A DNA stretch of 63,051 nt, filler included, from Stramenopiles sp. TOSAG23-6 (Eukaryota), in assembly GCA_900128565.1 (NCBI GenBank). It is 9 parts of 9 records of this genome, joined end to end, with 100 filler letters (N's around TTAATTAATTAA, not from the genome) between each part and the next. Parts side by side here need not be neighbours in the genome. Positions count along the whole stretch, not along the records: positions 1 to 6,947 come from LT636626.1; positions 7,048 to 13,992 come from LT636627.1; 7 more parts are not named here. One strand, 5' to 3'. Positions 1 through 11,768 of this stretch are shown here, piece by piece. Each line of letters begins with the position of its first letter. Position 1 is the stretch's first letter. Position numbers and translations under genes: made by a program. The notes under the pieces are model-generated. The model was not told the origin of the DNA. It did not search any database and saw nothing but the letters and a program-made list of their open reading frames with translations.

Positions 1-498
1 ACTATTACCAGCATTCGCAGATTTAGTATACCACTTGAAAGCTTCTAATTTGTCTTCAGCAACACCATGACCATGTTTATAGCAATAACCAAGATTATTT
101 TGTGCATTACCATAACCCGCATTTGCAGATTTAGTATACCACTTGAAAGCTTCTTTTTTGTCTTCAGCAACACCACCACCATAAAAATAACACTTGCCAA
201 GATTATATTGTGCAGTACTATTACCAGCATTCGCAGATTTAGTATACCACTTGAAAGCTTTTTTTTTGTCTAAAGCAACACCATGACCATTTTCATAGCA
301 ATAACCAAGTTCATTTTGTGCTAAACTATTACCTAAATTAGCCGATTTAGTATACCACTTGAAAGCTTCTTTTTTGTCTTCAGCAACACCATGACCAGTA
401 AAATAGCAACTACCAAGACTGCATTGTGCACTGCTATTCCCTGCCTTTGCAGATTTAGAACACCGCTTGAAAGCTCTTTTTTTGTCTTTCGCACCCAT
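1..498 (-). CDS. Sel1-like repeat protein (3' partial)
   Basis: ATG at 498, then 36-aa (108-bp) repeats AQxNLGxCYxxGHGVAEDKKEAFKWYTKSANAGN; absent from the ORF track because it runs off the window edge. Confidence 0.9.
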   Translation of the reverse strand, partial: MGAKDKKRAFKRCSKSAKAGNSSAQCSLGSCYFTGHGVAEDKKEAFKWYTKSANLGNSLAQNELGYCYENGHGVALDKKKAFKWYTKSANAGNSTAQYNLGKCYFYGGGVAEDKKEAFKWYTKSANAGYGNAQNNLGYCYKHGHGVAEDKLEAFKWYTKSANAGNS

Positions 499-1470
499 GT
501 TGAATCTCTGTCGAATATTTTCTGTCACACACTCTTTCTCTCTCTCCTTTCTCACTCTCGGCTACTGGCTGGCCAGTGAGTGGTCAGAAAATTTTCAGAA
601 CAAAAAAAAATTAAACCTCCGTCGACCGAAAATGCGGAGATTTTAAGAAGAATTTTTGTAACGTACAAAATATCTTCCACCACAGTCTAAGTATCGAGTC
701 CAACACAATAACAAATATCATATGTTGTACATATATAAAAACACTTGGTAAAGTACACTGAAAGAATTGCCTAAACTTTAAAAGAAATAATGTATTAAAT
801 AGTTAAATATAAAATCGGTGTAAAAGCGAAATTTCGAGGTCGTAAAAATGCCAATTCTCTTATCGAAAATAGACCTTCCGTTGCTGGGTTGGTTGATGTC
901 AACAATGACACTCCAGACCTTCGCCTTACTTTAACTATAACAAAAAAGCGTCGTATATCTAAGCATGATGGCACAAAGCTAGGGTTGCACCACAAGCTCA
1001 AAGGCACATGACGATTACATGAAAAAAAACTTCAAAAAGAATAACAAATAAATAAAAGATGAAAAGCTCAAACAAAATGACTCTGAATATAATAAAAAAA
1101 ATGTATCGGGTAACAACGACAACAAATACATCTGATTTGTCTTTGTTACTAAAGCAAACAACATCAAAAAGAATAAGAATTTTAACAACAACCATTGTAC
1201 ACACAAAAAGAGTGTTGCTACTCAAAAAGTATATAAACTGATAAAAATAAATTGAAGCAATTTGAATTGCTAAGTCTGTGCGTAGATGTAAAGTGGAAAG
1301 AAAAAAATCTCTGTACTATCTAGGTCAGAAAGTAAAGAAGATATCAAAAGAAGAATGGATGAAGAATTGAATAAAAATAATTTTTGATTTTAATTTTTGA
1401 TATTAATTTAATTTTTGATAAATAATGATATTTAAATCATCAAAATAAAACTTTTGAATAATTCTTTCAT

Positions 1471-4400
1471 TTAATCAATATCCCATCGAATATCACCAGT
1501 TTCTTCCCTATAATAATAAGGGTCACCACTGTCTCTATCTTCACAAACTTGCCAAACGGTAGATTCATCACCAAATCCAGCTTGAATATATACACCAATT
1601 GGGGGTTGCCATACACTCTCTTGTGTATTTCTATTGTAAAAATATTTTGTATTATTTTCTGTCCAACTAACATGCCATTCTGGAATTGGTGTATTCGATA
1701 CTACATTTGATGTTTGAGATGGTGAAGTATTGCTATTAACACCAAGATCACTTCTAGTAATATTGCGTCTGCGTCGAGGCTGGGATGTTACACGTGATGC
1801 TCGAATTGCTGCTTGTAGATTTAAATTATCTCGTGCTTCAGTGTGCCCCCCACTCCTAGCAAAAATATTACTTGTCGCGGGACCTATAAAATGTGAACTG
1901 TTAATTCTTTCAATTTGAGTCAGAGTAGAGTTATCCTGAACTTGGCTTGCATTGCTGCTACTTTCATTATTCCAAGCTTGAACAATATCATGTCTTGCAA
2001 ATGGATGTCTATCATCAACATCAATTTGATGTCCACCAGTCCAAGCATCAACAGATCCAGCATGTTTCGGGGAAGAAAGTATAGTCCGTTTATATTTTGC
2101 TATTCGTCGTAGTTGTACTGCATAATCAGGTCCATCTTTATAATTTACATTAAACCATTCAGGAACAACCCTTCTACATAAAGGACATTGATTAGAATAA
2201 TGTAATGCAACTCGTAAACATCGACGACAATACTTGTGCCCACATGGAGTTTCGGTAGGATCTCTGAAAGCACTACAACACAAGGAACACTCATTTTCAC
2301 GTTCTGCTTTATCCAAATCACTATGAGTTCGTCGTAATTTTGCAACTTGATCATTACCATTGGACTTGCTATTGCTTGGTTCATCATTCGTCTGACCTTC
2401 AGGGTGAACTTGAGCTCCATGGCGATTGCGTTTTCGGCGTTTTCGCTTTGGTGTTTCATTATTATCTGGTGTTTCTTTTTTACTTTCCTCTTGTTCGTTT
2501 GTTTTACCCTCAACTAATGGATAAATCCTTCTTCGTTTACGTCTCCTCTTTTTTTGACCACTTTTGTGTTTTAGATAGGAACCCACAATGATTATAAGTA
2601 AAGCGGTTCCCCCAGATATCCCCCCTATTAACATCATTTGCTTGTGGTTTTCCAATTCAGATTCTTCATCAATAATTGGGTCTTCTTTTTTTACTGATAG
2701 ATCTGGTTCGGGGTCTTTTACAGATTCTGTACACAATGACATATCAATAGTGCATACACGAGTCTCTTTTCGTTTTTCAATTGGCATTAAACAATCAGTT
2801 CCGCCATATTTGCCTTCACGAGCCACTATGAGATATCGAGTTTGCATCCCTCCATTACATTCTAAACTACCATTACATTCTGTCCAACCACTCCAACTTG
2901 AAACACATTCTATAGCCTCACAATTTCGAATCTCTTTTAATTCTCCGCAGATCTTGCCACCATTTTCTGGTTCCTGTGTTACCTCTAATGAACGCCACTG
3001 TTGCCAGTATGCACTAACATTTGAATCAAATGTACACTCAGACCATGCTCCAGAGGGGATTGTTTGACAGTCGCGGGGTAAGCATTCTACCCATTCATCT
3101 AAATCTGGACAAGGTCTGCCTCCAAATTTTGGAGGATTTTGTATAGACCGTGAGCGCTTTCGCGAGTACTTTGACCCAGATATGTTTTTACACTCTCCAA
3201 ATACACTCCAAGGGCCAACTACACATGCCTCGGGGACACATGCTACTGAATCATACTCTACATATGTTGTAGAAGACTGTGCAGGTGCAAGTACTGGGTC
3301 TACACAGGGTGTTCCGCCAAATGCACCAAGCTGAACAACAGGTCGCTGTCTTTTACGAACAAACGGAGCTTCAGTTGTACATGAAGAGAATTCGCCAAAT
3401 TTGCCTACAACGCATGGCATTGGAGGGCATATTGCTGGTTGTTGTGTTGGTTTGCAACCTTTGCCCCCGTGTTTTGGCTCGATGATTACTTCCCATTTCA
3501 AAACACTCCAAAATACTTCTCCAGAATCGGCAGATCTTTTACATTTACTCAAATCAAGAACACCTGGTTTATCAAAGTCTACAACACAATCTACGGGAGA
3601 TTTTATACCTTTACACTGGCCGTTTAAAGTGCATACATCGTTTATAGTATCACTGTAGCCATCATCACATGGGGTGCCTTTCTTTTTCAAGGTTGCCAAA
3701 CAAACTCCGAGGTGAGGTTCGCACCAACCACCTTTTGATTCGGTGCACCCAGCTAGAGTTAAGTCACTAGCACCTCTACCATTACTACAATTTAGACTCG
3801 CACACTTGTCTACAGCAATCTCAGACGAAATACTTTTCGTCACTGTAATATTCATGTCAATAGATTGATTTATTGAGGCCAGAGAGCGAGATAATTGACG
3901 ACGATTCTTTTTACCTGAACATGATTTGAGTTGTACCAAAAAGCTCTTCTCATTTTGATCATTTTTTGTCATCGATGTTGAAATACGATCTGCAATTTTC
4001 GATGGGGACGTATCTAAACCACCTGATGAGATTTTGCTAATATCACTCATTATTCGGAAGTCAACAGATATTGTTACACTGTTTGTATTATCATTACTTT
4101 CAAAGTCAAAGTTTAGAATAGAAGCTTCTATTGCTGCAACTCCAGGCTGAATCGAGACTTGAAAAGAACTTAGAAGACAATATTCCAACCATTCCTTATA
4201 ATCTTTACTGGTGAATGATCCGGGTGAATTCTGAGACAGGTCAATTTTGGTTGATCCAGTAGAAAAAGAATATCCGTAAGGAGGTTTGTCATTTGCATTA
4301 GGCATTTCCATAATAACTTTCACTATACTTGATTGCACTGTTGAAGATCCATTTTCTGCGCGGGCTTGAAATTCTAGATCAAACGGAGGTCCAATTGCAT

Positions 4401-6945
4401 AATCGATGACCCAATTACTACCTACTGTTTTGCCCAAATCCTTTTTATTCTGTACCCAAATGTATGTTATGTTGTCACCAACTATACTAAATCGTAAAAG
4501 CAGACTTGTACCAAATCGAACATGTAAAGGTTCAGATTCATTGCCGCATGCTAATCCTGTACCACCTTTAGCAGTACTTGTGAACTCGTATGATGTTCCA
4601 GATGTAACATCTGAAATTTTGGCGCAAACAACAAGCGGTGATGTAATTAACATTTCCTTCCAAACTCCCATACATCTCCAGACATTTTCGTAAATACCAC
4701 ATTTGTCATTAATTGTGCGATCCCCGTATTCATCACTACAAGGTGTTCCTACAGGTTTGCGAGATGCTGCACCACAAAGACCTGTTCTAATATCACAACT
4801 TCCAGCCACCATACAATCATTTTGCACACTTGGACAAAAAGAGCCGCTGCACAAATCTTTTCCTTCGCAAACACCAAAACTTGAACATTTATCATCAGTT
4901 GTAAAACTATTTTTATCGTCACACAATGCGCCTTCGGCTTTTAACGGATTTGTACATCTCGCAACTCCACTAAATACAACACATGTTCCAGTCTCCTGAC
5001 AGACATCTTTAGATGGACATTGCACATTTTCGCAAGGATTTTTACCTACACATGAAAAGTTTCCTTTATCATCAAAACTACATGTGTCGCCTGTGGTAGT
5101 TTCATCACCATCATCACAAATAGATCCTACACGTTTCCTATACACACATTCTGGTTCTTTGTTTACAATCACACAAGTTGGATTATCTAAACATGGGTCA
5201 GTAGGGTCAGGACATTTAAGATCAAGGCATGGATCAATTTCGCAACGCTTGCCAGAGAATCCAGGTCGACACTTACATGTAAAAGTAGAAGGGACTGATC
5301 CATCATCTTCACATATGCCGCCGTTCATACATGGTTGTTCCGCACAATCATCAATATCAATGCAAACATCGTCAAAACCAAAGTTCTCATAACCAGATTT
5401 ACAAACGCACATTTTAGGTCCTTCATTTTCACAAATTGCATTCACATCACATGGTTTCGGCAAAGTTGAACATCTTTTCAGAGCAATACACTGACCATCA
5501 TTCAAAACTTGACCTTCAGGGCACAAACAAACATTTGATCCCGTAGTCTTACCATCAGAAGACACTTTTACAACACAGAGAGCATTCATTGGACAGTCTT
5601 TCTGTGCATGAGCACAAGGATTATCTGAAATACAATTCAATCCATCACCAGTAAATTCATCTATACAACTACAAACGTATTCTCCTGGGCCACTATTTGT
5701 GCAGGAAGCAAATGCATGACAATTATGAGTTCCATTAGCACATGGATCAATTGGAATTTCACATGTGGGTCCTGTCCAACCAGTTGAGCAATTGCAAGAA
5801 AAAGATGATACACCGGTATCTGTACATATACCACCATTGTAACATTGGTTTTCTTCAACTTTACAATCATCTACATCGACACATTTTGATGTGCCAGACC
5901 ATTCACCGGTAGATGTACACACTGTTTGCGCATTGCCAACAAATTCAAATCCTTTATTGCATTGAAATATATAGCTTTGAATTGATCTGGTTCCGTCAGA
6001 AGTAAACTCAAACGAAGATATATACGCATTTGATGGGATCACAACTTCAGGACAAAGACACCGATACTTTGCTCCATTGCTAGATGCACCCAGTATACAA
6101 GTGGCATCTTTGTGGCAAGTATTTGTTCCAGTGCTACATGGATCAAAAGGTACACAAACACTTGCGACTCCGTCCCATACACCACCAATCATACAAGTTC
6201 GTGATGAGTTATGTTTATCTTTTAATTCAAATCCAACAGAACATCCAAATTTCACAGTGTCATTAAAATTATATTTAGATGCTGCGCCAGATACTACAAA
6301 ACCATTTAAAGGTGCATGTACTATATCTGGTGGACAAAACAGTTTCACGCAACTAGTCGAGGAATTAAAATCATGATCTAAAAACCCATTTTCCTTATCA
6401 CAAGGTTGAGGTGTTGAAACACCACCAGGGCAAAACACATTTGCATTGCTTTCACATCCCGTAGATACGCACGCTGTGGACGGATCAAAGTCATTGTCAT
6501 AGGTCCCAGGAATACACTTTATATTTGGTTTGTCACTTCCATCACAATAATAGCCTTCGTCACATTTAATACATTGTGTCTTTGCATCCAAATCATCGTC
6601 TATATAACCTTTGGGACACTGTATTTTTTTTTTACTTCCACCTTGACAATATGAACCCTTTTCACATACAATACAATTTGTTGCACTTGAAAGATCATGG
6701 TCCCACGTTCCGGGGTCACACACCACTTTTGCATTTGATTTGCCTTCGCAAAAATAGCCACTGGGACAATCAACACACTCCGTCTTTGGTGATAAATCAT
6801 TGTCCCATTGACCTGCTTTGCAATAAACGAAGTGAATACCTCCACTACAGAACGAACCAGATTCACACTGTTTACATGGTGTCAAAGATGATAAATCGTG
6901 ATCATATTCTCCCTTTTTACAAGTAATCATTTCAGCTGATAAACC
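1471..6945 (-). CDS. Large single-pass membrane protein (5' partial): Cys-rich repeats, Sushi/CCP, EGF, TSP1, TM helix, cytoplasmic C3HC4 RING, UIM-like motif, two WW domains
   Basis: 1819-aa ORF open to the contig end; EGF (CYNGGICTDTGVSSFSCNCSTGWTGPTCE), TSP1 (WSVFGEC..RKRSR), TM (IGGISGGTALLIIIVGSYL), RING (CSLCC..PCGHKYCRRC..CPLCR), WW (W..YFYNRNTQESVWQPP). Confidence 0.9.
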   Translation of the reverse strand, partial: GLSAEMITCKKGEYDHDLSSLTPCKQCESGSFCSGGIHFVYCKAGQWDNDLSPKTECVDCPSGYFCEGKSNAKVVCDPGTWDHDLSSATNCIVCEKGSYCQGGSKKKIQCPKGYIDDDLDAKTQCIKCDEGYYCDGSDKPNIKCIPGTYDNDFDPSTACVSTGCESNANVFCPGGVSTPQPCDKENGFLDHDFNSSTSCVKLFCPPDIVHAPLNGFVVSGAASKYNFNDTVKFGCSVGFELKDKHNSSRTCMIGGVWDGVASVCVPFDPCSTGTNTCHKDATCILGASSNGAKYRCLCPEVVIPSNAYISSFEFTSDGTRSIQSYIFQCNKGFEFVGNAQTVCTSTGEWSGTSKCVDVDDCKVEENQCYNGGICTDTGVSSFSCNCSTGWTGPTCEIPIDPCANGTHNCHAFASCTNSGPGEYVCSCIDEFTGDGLNCISDNPCAHAQKDCPMNALCVVKVSSDGKTTGSNVCLCPEGQVLNDGQCIALKRCSTLPKPCDVNAICENEGPKMCVCKSGYENFGFDDVCIDIDDCAEQPCMNGGICEDDGSVPSTFTCKCRPGFSGKRCEIDPCLDLKCPDPTDPCLDNPTCVIVNKEPECVYRKRVGSICDDGDETTTGDTCSFDDKGNFSCVGKNPCENVQCPSKDVCQETGTCVVFSGVARCTNPLKAEGALCDDKNSFTTDDKCSSFGVCEGKDLCSGSFCPSVQNDCMVAGSCDIRTGLCGAASRKPVGTPCSDEYGDRTINDKCGIYENVWRCMGVWKEMLITSPLVVCAKISDVTSGTSYEFTSTAKGGTGLACGNESEPLHVRFGTSLLLRFSIVGDNITYIWVQNKKDLGKTVGSNWVIDYAIGPPFDLEFQARAENGSSTVQSSIVKVIMEMPNANDKPPYGYSFSTGSTKIDLSQNSPGSFTSKDYKEWLEYCLLSSFQVSIQPGVAAIEASILNFDFESNDNTNSVTISVDFRIMSDISKISSGGLDTSPSKIADRISTSMTKNDQNEKSFLVQLKSCSGKKNRRQLSRSLASINQSIDMNITVTKSISSEIAVDKCASLNCSNGRGASDLTLAGCTESKGGWCEPHLGVCLATLKKKGTPCDDGYSDTINDVCTLNGQCKGIKSPVDCVVDFDKPGVLDLSKCKRSADSGEVFWSVLKWEVIIEPKHGGKGCKPTQQPAICPPMPCVVGKFGEFSSCTTEAPFVRKRQRPVVQLGAFGGTPCVDPVLAPAQSSTTYVEYDSVACVPEACVVGPWSVFGECKNISGSKYSRKRSRSIQNPPKFGGRPCPDLDEWVECLPRDCQTIPSGAWSECTFDSNVSAYWQQWRSLEVTQEPENGGKICGELKEIRNCEAIECVSSWSGWTECNGSLECNGGMQTRYLIVAREGKYGGTDCLMPIEKRKETRVCTIDMSLCTESVKDPEPDLSVKKEDPIIDEESELENHKQMMLIGGISGGTALLIIIVGSYLKHKSGQKKRRRKRRRIYPLVEGKTNEQEESKKETPDNNETPKRKRRKRNRHGAQVHPEGQTNDEPSNSKSNGNDQVAKLRRTHSDLDKAERENECSLCCSAFRDPTETPCGHKYCRRCLRVALHYSNQCPLCRRVVPEWFNVNYKDGPDYAVQLRRIAKYKRTILSSPKHAGSVDAWTGGHQIDVDDRHPFARHDIVQAWNNESSSNASQVQDNSTLTQIERINSSHFIGPATSNIFARSGGHTEARDNLNLQAAIRASRVTSQPRRRRNITRSDLGVNSNTSPSQTSNVVSNTPIPEWHVSWTENNTKYFYNRNTQESVWQPPIGVYIQAGFGDESTVWQVCEDRDSGDPYYYREETGDIRWDID

Positions 6946-6947
6946 TG

Positions 6948-7047
6948 NNNNNNNNNNNNNNNNNNNNNNNNNNNNNNNNNNNNNNNNNNNNTTAATTAAT
7001 TAANNNNNNNNNNNNNNNNNNNNNNNNNNNNNNNNNNNNNNNNNNNN
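6948..7047. other. Artificial contig spacer (N-TTAATTAATTAA-N); also at 13993-14092, 21027-21126, 28058-28157, 35077-35176, 42081-42180, 49083-49182, 56075-56174
   Basis: Identical 100-nt spacers with six-frame stops; contig lengths decrease monotonically from 6947 to 6877. Confidence 0.98.
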
Positions 7048-8044
7048 AAGGGGAAAGCCTTATAAAAGTTCGTTTTCATTATGAATTTCATTTTTTTTTT
7101 TTTTTTTTGGTTTCGTACGAAATTTTGTACCTAACAAATGTCGAATTTAATTTTTTTACAATACATGTATGCTCGAAGTAAAAAAAAAATTCCAAATGTT
7201 GATGCTCGGCCAATTGAAATTTATGAAATTAGTCTTTTGGAAAATCAAAAGAATCAAGATTTTTGTGAGGTTAATAATAATACCGACTCTGTTAGTATTA
7301 GTATACGTGTCACTTGTAGCAGAGGAACCTATGTGAGAACTCTTGCAGAAGATATTGCAGAAAAATTGTATATTTTCATCAATTCAATTTTTATTTTTTT
7401 GTTTTGTACCAAATTTTTTACCTAACAAAATATTTCAAATTTGTGATATTTTTTCACAAGCACATGGGGTCTGTTGGTCATTTGTCACAACTAAGAAGAA
7501 TTAGTTCAGGTAAATTTAATTTGTCTCAATCTATTACATTATCAGAATTATCTCTATATTTGAATAAAACTGAGGATTGGGAAAAAACATTTGGTCTTCA
7601 ACGAAAAATTACAAATATAGAAAATAATGTACAAGATAAAAAAAAAAAAAAAAAAAAAAGATTCAAGCAAAGCTAAATTTTAGTGATAAGTGGAAAAATG
7701 ATAACTTTTCGACTCGTATTTTGATAAATCCGTACAAAATGCTGAGTCATTTGCCACACTTTGAAATAACAAATTTGTCTGATATACATCAGCTGGAAAC
7801 TAAAAAAGAGCCTAAAAAAGAGCCTTTACTCCCACCCATTCCTCCCTTATCGCTTGACTTAAATGTGGGGGACTTTTTTTTGGTATGGTTTAGGTCACAG
7901 ATATCTGGATGCCCAGAAGTGGTCATGATAGTTGAAGTTATTAAATCTTTACATGATTATAAAAACACGAAAAAGATAAAAATAGGACATTCTAAAAGTC
8001 CTGTAAAGGCTGTAGTGCGACTTGACGTTCCTCGATTTATTTGA
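7048..8044 (+). CDS. truB: TruB-family pseudouridine synthase, C-terminal part (introns 7068-7166, 7368-7465; probable homopolymer frameshift near 7640-7660)
   Basis: Spliced: GKAL*K|YAR...VTCSRGTYVRTLAEDIAEKL|GSVGHLSQLRRISSGKF. Confidence 0.85.
7368..7465 (+). other. Family intron, GT-AT
   Basis: TT|GTATAT...GCACAT|G restores EKLG; the AAG 5 nt upstream would frameshift. Confidence 0.8.
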
Positions 8045-8066
8045 TTTATTAGTAAATAAAATATTT

Positions 8067-9361
8067 TTATCTTTCAAGGCCTTGACTAACATATTTGATC
8101 ATTACATCGAGCTGCTTTTCTGGTACTTTTAATCCATCTGCAGTGGCAGTTTTTATTGCTGGCAAAATTTTACTTGCTCCTGTTTGACTTAAAGCTGTCG
8201 ACTCGTCATTTTTAATTATAAATTTTCTATATACGTTGAATAATTTATGTTCATCTTCATCCTCCCCTTGATCCTCCCGTATTGGACGTATCATTCCATT
8301 CTTTGAAAGTGAATCTTCTTCTAAAACATTCTTTATTGCTTTAGTAATAAAATCCTTTTCAATACCATTTGGTTCTGGCTTCCCTGTCTTTGAATCAATT
8401 TCGTATTTTGTATGACTTTTACTATCAAAATTAATGTATTTTGGAAAAATATTTCAAAAAAAAAAAACTAAAATTTGTTAGGTACAAAATGTCGTACGAA
8501 AAAAAAAACTCGAAATTGAAAAAAAAATAAAACATACATTCTTTCTTTGAAATGATTCTCCAAAATTCTCTTAAAACTTGCTCTTAATTGATCGTTATTT
8601 AGAATTAATTGAAGTTTATCTCTGTCCACTGGAAAGAGTTTTCCTGTGGTCTGTTTTATTGTTAAAAGTGCATTTTCAATCTTTTGCTGTAGCATTTTTT
8701 TTGTCAATTTATCAATTTTGGGTTGAATGTTTTGAGAAATTCCTTTTTCGAGCATATCACTAAAGAACTGAACAATTTGATAATTTTGTTTCTTTTTACG
8801 TATTTGCTCTTGGGCATTAGGGTTAGGGTCTGAACCATTCCTTGTTTCTGATTTTGCTCTGTTCCCTTCCACTGCTTCCTTGGTATATTTTTTTGCAAAT
8901 TCAACAATTTTTTCTATGGGAATAATTGGGAAGTCTTCACAATAACACGCTGGGTAAACACCTTGACATGGCATGCATTTATCGTATGTATCAAACTTTG
9001 TACTCATATTATCTCCTTTGATTCTAGTACTGCTACTACTTTCGATAGGCGCCACCTCTCCAACGTTTGCTTTTTTGTTGATTGACTTCACGTTTGTAAC
9101 ATTGACTTCTTCTTTGTTATTGTCGTGTGGTAGTGGCACTGTCATCTTTTTTAGTTTTTTTGGACGGCTAGGACGATCAGCAGTACTGTCTATGCTCGTT
9201 TCAGTTAGTATTGTAGAGAGCTTGTTTAAAAGGGGGCTGTTATTTTTAGAGACAAGACCGTGTGTTTTTGAAAATAATCGTACGGAACGAATCNTTTCAA
9301 ATCTTTCAAATATGAATAGAAACAAAAACATAGTGAATTTGAAGCAACGTCGATGAATCAT
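8067..9361 (-). CDS. Hypothetical protein, two exons (GT-AT intron 8434-8537)
   Basis: Removing the intron joins ORF 8468-9361 in frame to ORF 8067-8294. Confidence 0.7.
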
Positions 9362-9769
9362 TTTATGTTTAAATCCAATTTAATGTCGTTCAGTTTATTT
9401 TGCACCACTAGATAGAAAATTGGAGAAGCAGCAGGGCAACTCTTGTTCTCTGTTATTTAACCTGAAATTTCAGACGATGTATTCGAGGATCGATGGATCG
9501 AGAGAAATTTGAAATTTTTGAATTTTTGAAAACTTGGAAGCTAATTTTAATCTCCGAAAACACCGACAGTTTTTACGTAAGAATAAACGTATATTTATAT
9601 TTTTTACATGAGCCATCATTATTATTTATGGCCATCAATCAATCAAAAATTAGGCTAGCATTTTTTTTAACTTTGTAAAACTACTTAGGTACTGGTATAC
9701 CAAACACATAATCAAGCTAATATCTATATACAGAGAGGTAGAGGGAGTAAAATAACTTATTAAATTAGA

Positions 9770-11580
9770 ATGCTTAGTGCATTTTGTATGAGCCTTCTGG
9801 TATCACTTCTTTCTCATGAAGTGTGTTCACACATTATTCTCACGCCAATATCTATTGGAGCAAAAGTCATGAATGGCAGGTTTCACGTTGTGGAGAAGCT
9901 TGCGAGCAGTAAAGTCAGAAGCATTTCTCAAAGACACACTCGACAACTTATTCAGAAGGAACCCGGTGATGTTACGCTTAGATCAATACAAACTTTTAGA
10001 CAGATCCAACTCCTTGCCGCCGGTGGATTTGGAGAAGTTTGGAAAGCTTTTGACACCGAGAAAAAGAAATATGTTGTCATTAAAACAATCTTGTATACGA
10101 AAAATGAAACGACCCAAGATATTTTCAATTTGAAGAAAGAAAGGCTACAAGAAATTGCTTTAACGAGGAAGGCTCAAGAATGTCCAAATGTAGCTCGTAT
10201 GGCACTTGAAGAACAAGATGACTACAAATATTATGATGAACATGGTGGTAACTTACTCATTATGGATTACTATGCTGGAAGTCACTTGAAGCAATACTCG
10301 AAAGGAAAAACACAACACGGTGTGACTGGTCCATGGAACCGTCGGCTAAATATGGTGACAAATTTAATTCCACAAATTGGAGTTGCAGTGAGCTGTCTTC
10401 ATAAAATTGGAATAATTCATCGTGATGTAAGTTTACTTTATTACAAAAATATGGTACGAATCCAATCAACAAAATACCTTAACTTGGACACACTAGTATA
10501 TTTTACGATTAATTATAATATTCAAATTTTTCAACTAAATGTTATCGCTCTATTTATAGCATTATTATACTCTTATCTAATACTTTACCTAATAAAAAAC
10601 AGCTTATATATAACTCTTATCGAATACTTTACCCAACAACACAGATTAAATTTAATGTAAGTCGAGAAGATCTAAAATGAATAGTTGAACCTTATGATTT
10701 CATTAAATTTTCAAATATACTCAAAATTAACATACTTGATATATTTCGCTTCATCTAGAATATTGTATTGAGTGCTGATCAGACAAAAGCATATTTGATT
10801 GATTTTGGCTTGTCTCAACTAACGAGAGAGTGGGACAAAAAGGATAATTCTGGGACATATCTATTAATGCCACCAGAAATATTTTCAAAGAAAGAGGCTA
10901 GTATCCCTGAAGGATGGGATTGGTGGAGTTTGGGGTGTATCTTATTGAAAGGTACGGGCTTTTTCGATTCTACGCAGTCGAAATACTACAAAAAATTACC
11001 TAAAATATATGGAAGCAAGGCCAAGGCACTTCCCCGATTCCCTCGAGATGCATATCAAACTTGGGTTAAAGAGCAACGCTCCGAAATGGAAACCGCTTCT
11101 CGCAAATTTCAACAAATTCCAAAATTCTTGGATAACATTGAAACTCCAGAATTTATTGCGGTTTTAGACCAATTACTAAACCTGGACAATACTAAAAGAA
11201 GTGCAAAACCTCTTTTTAAATGGGCTATAGAAACAACGCCGGGAAGAGCAAAGTGGGAAACAAAAAAGCTTTTCTTTGTTGGTTATCATAATCTCAAGCA
11301 AACAAATAAAAAAATACGTATCATAAAAGAATCAGAAGAAGCATTGCATACTACAGATCGTACCATGATTTTCCCCGGAGTTTGCACGACATGTGAAGAA
11401 GTTGCTTTTGACTGTCAAGGTTTGGTAAACGGAAATATTTGTTTCCCCAATTTACAAGTCCAGCTGGAAATGATTGATGGTATGGGATATTCTGATGTAG
11501 AACTCTTACAAGTTGTGCAATCTGGCTGTAAAGGACAAGCAGTGGGAGAAGTCTGTGTGTTTACTGTGAAATCCAGATAA
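9770..11580 (+). CDS. Ser/Thr protein kinase with N-terminal hydrophobic signal-like peptide; exons 9770-10426, 10645-10656, 10759-11580 (canonical GT-AG introns)
   Basis: AGGFGEVW, VVIK, HRD|IKFN|NIVL, DFG, GTYLLMPPE, DWWSLG. Confidence 0.88.
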
Positions 11581-11768
11581 TTCAAAACTACCCAACATTC
11601 AAATTTACCTCGTACAATATGATTTTACAATGGAGTGGTGTCATGCTTTCATCTGCTTATCAAAGTATATTGTCGGAATGTCAGAACGAGAATATTTTTA
11701 AAAAACATAAAATTTCCTGTTTTGAACATTTCACACTTCAAATTTTTGATAACATTTTATTTCATTCA

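Noticed and set aside
1-498. 108-bp periodic repeats as a CRISPR-like or satellite array
   Set aside because: They encode Sel1 repeats in one open frame.
795-1380. Short ORFs between the Sel1 gene and the EGF gene
   Set aside because: Stops in all frames and no recognisable motif; possibly a decayed gene but not supportable.
6948-7047. Recurring TTAATTAATTAA every ~7 kb
   Set aside because: Artificial six-frame-stop linker between length-sorted contigs.
7063-7065. In-frame TAA at a Tyr-like position in TruB (stop-codon reassignment)
   Set aside because: A single case 15 nt from a contig end; TAA terminates RPL5, TFIIS and others, and long ORFs have no internal TAA.
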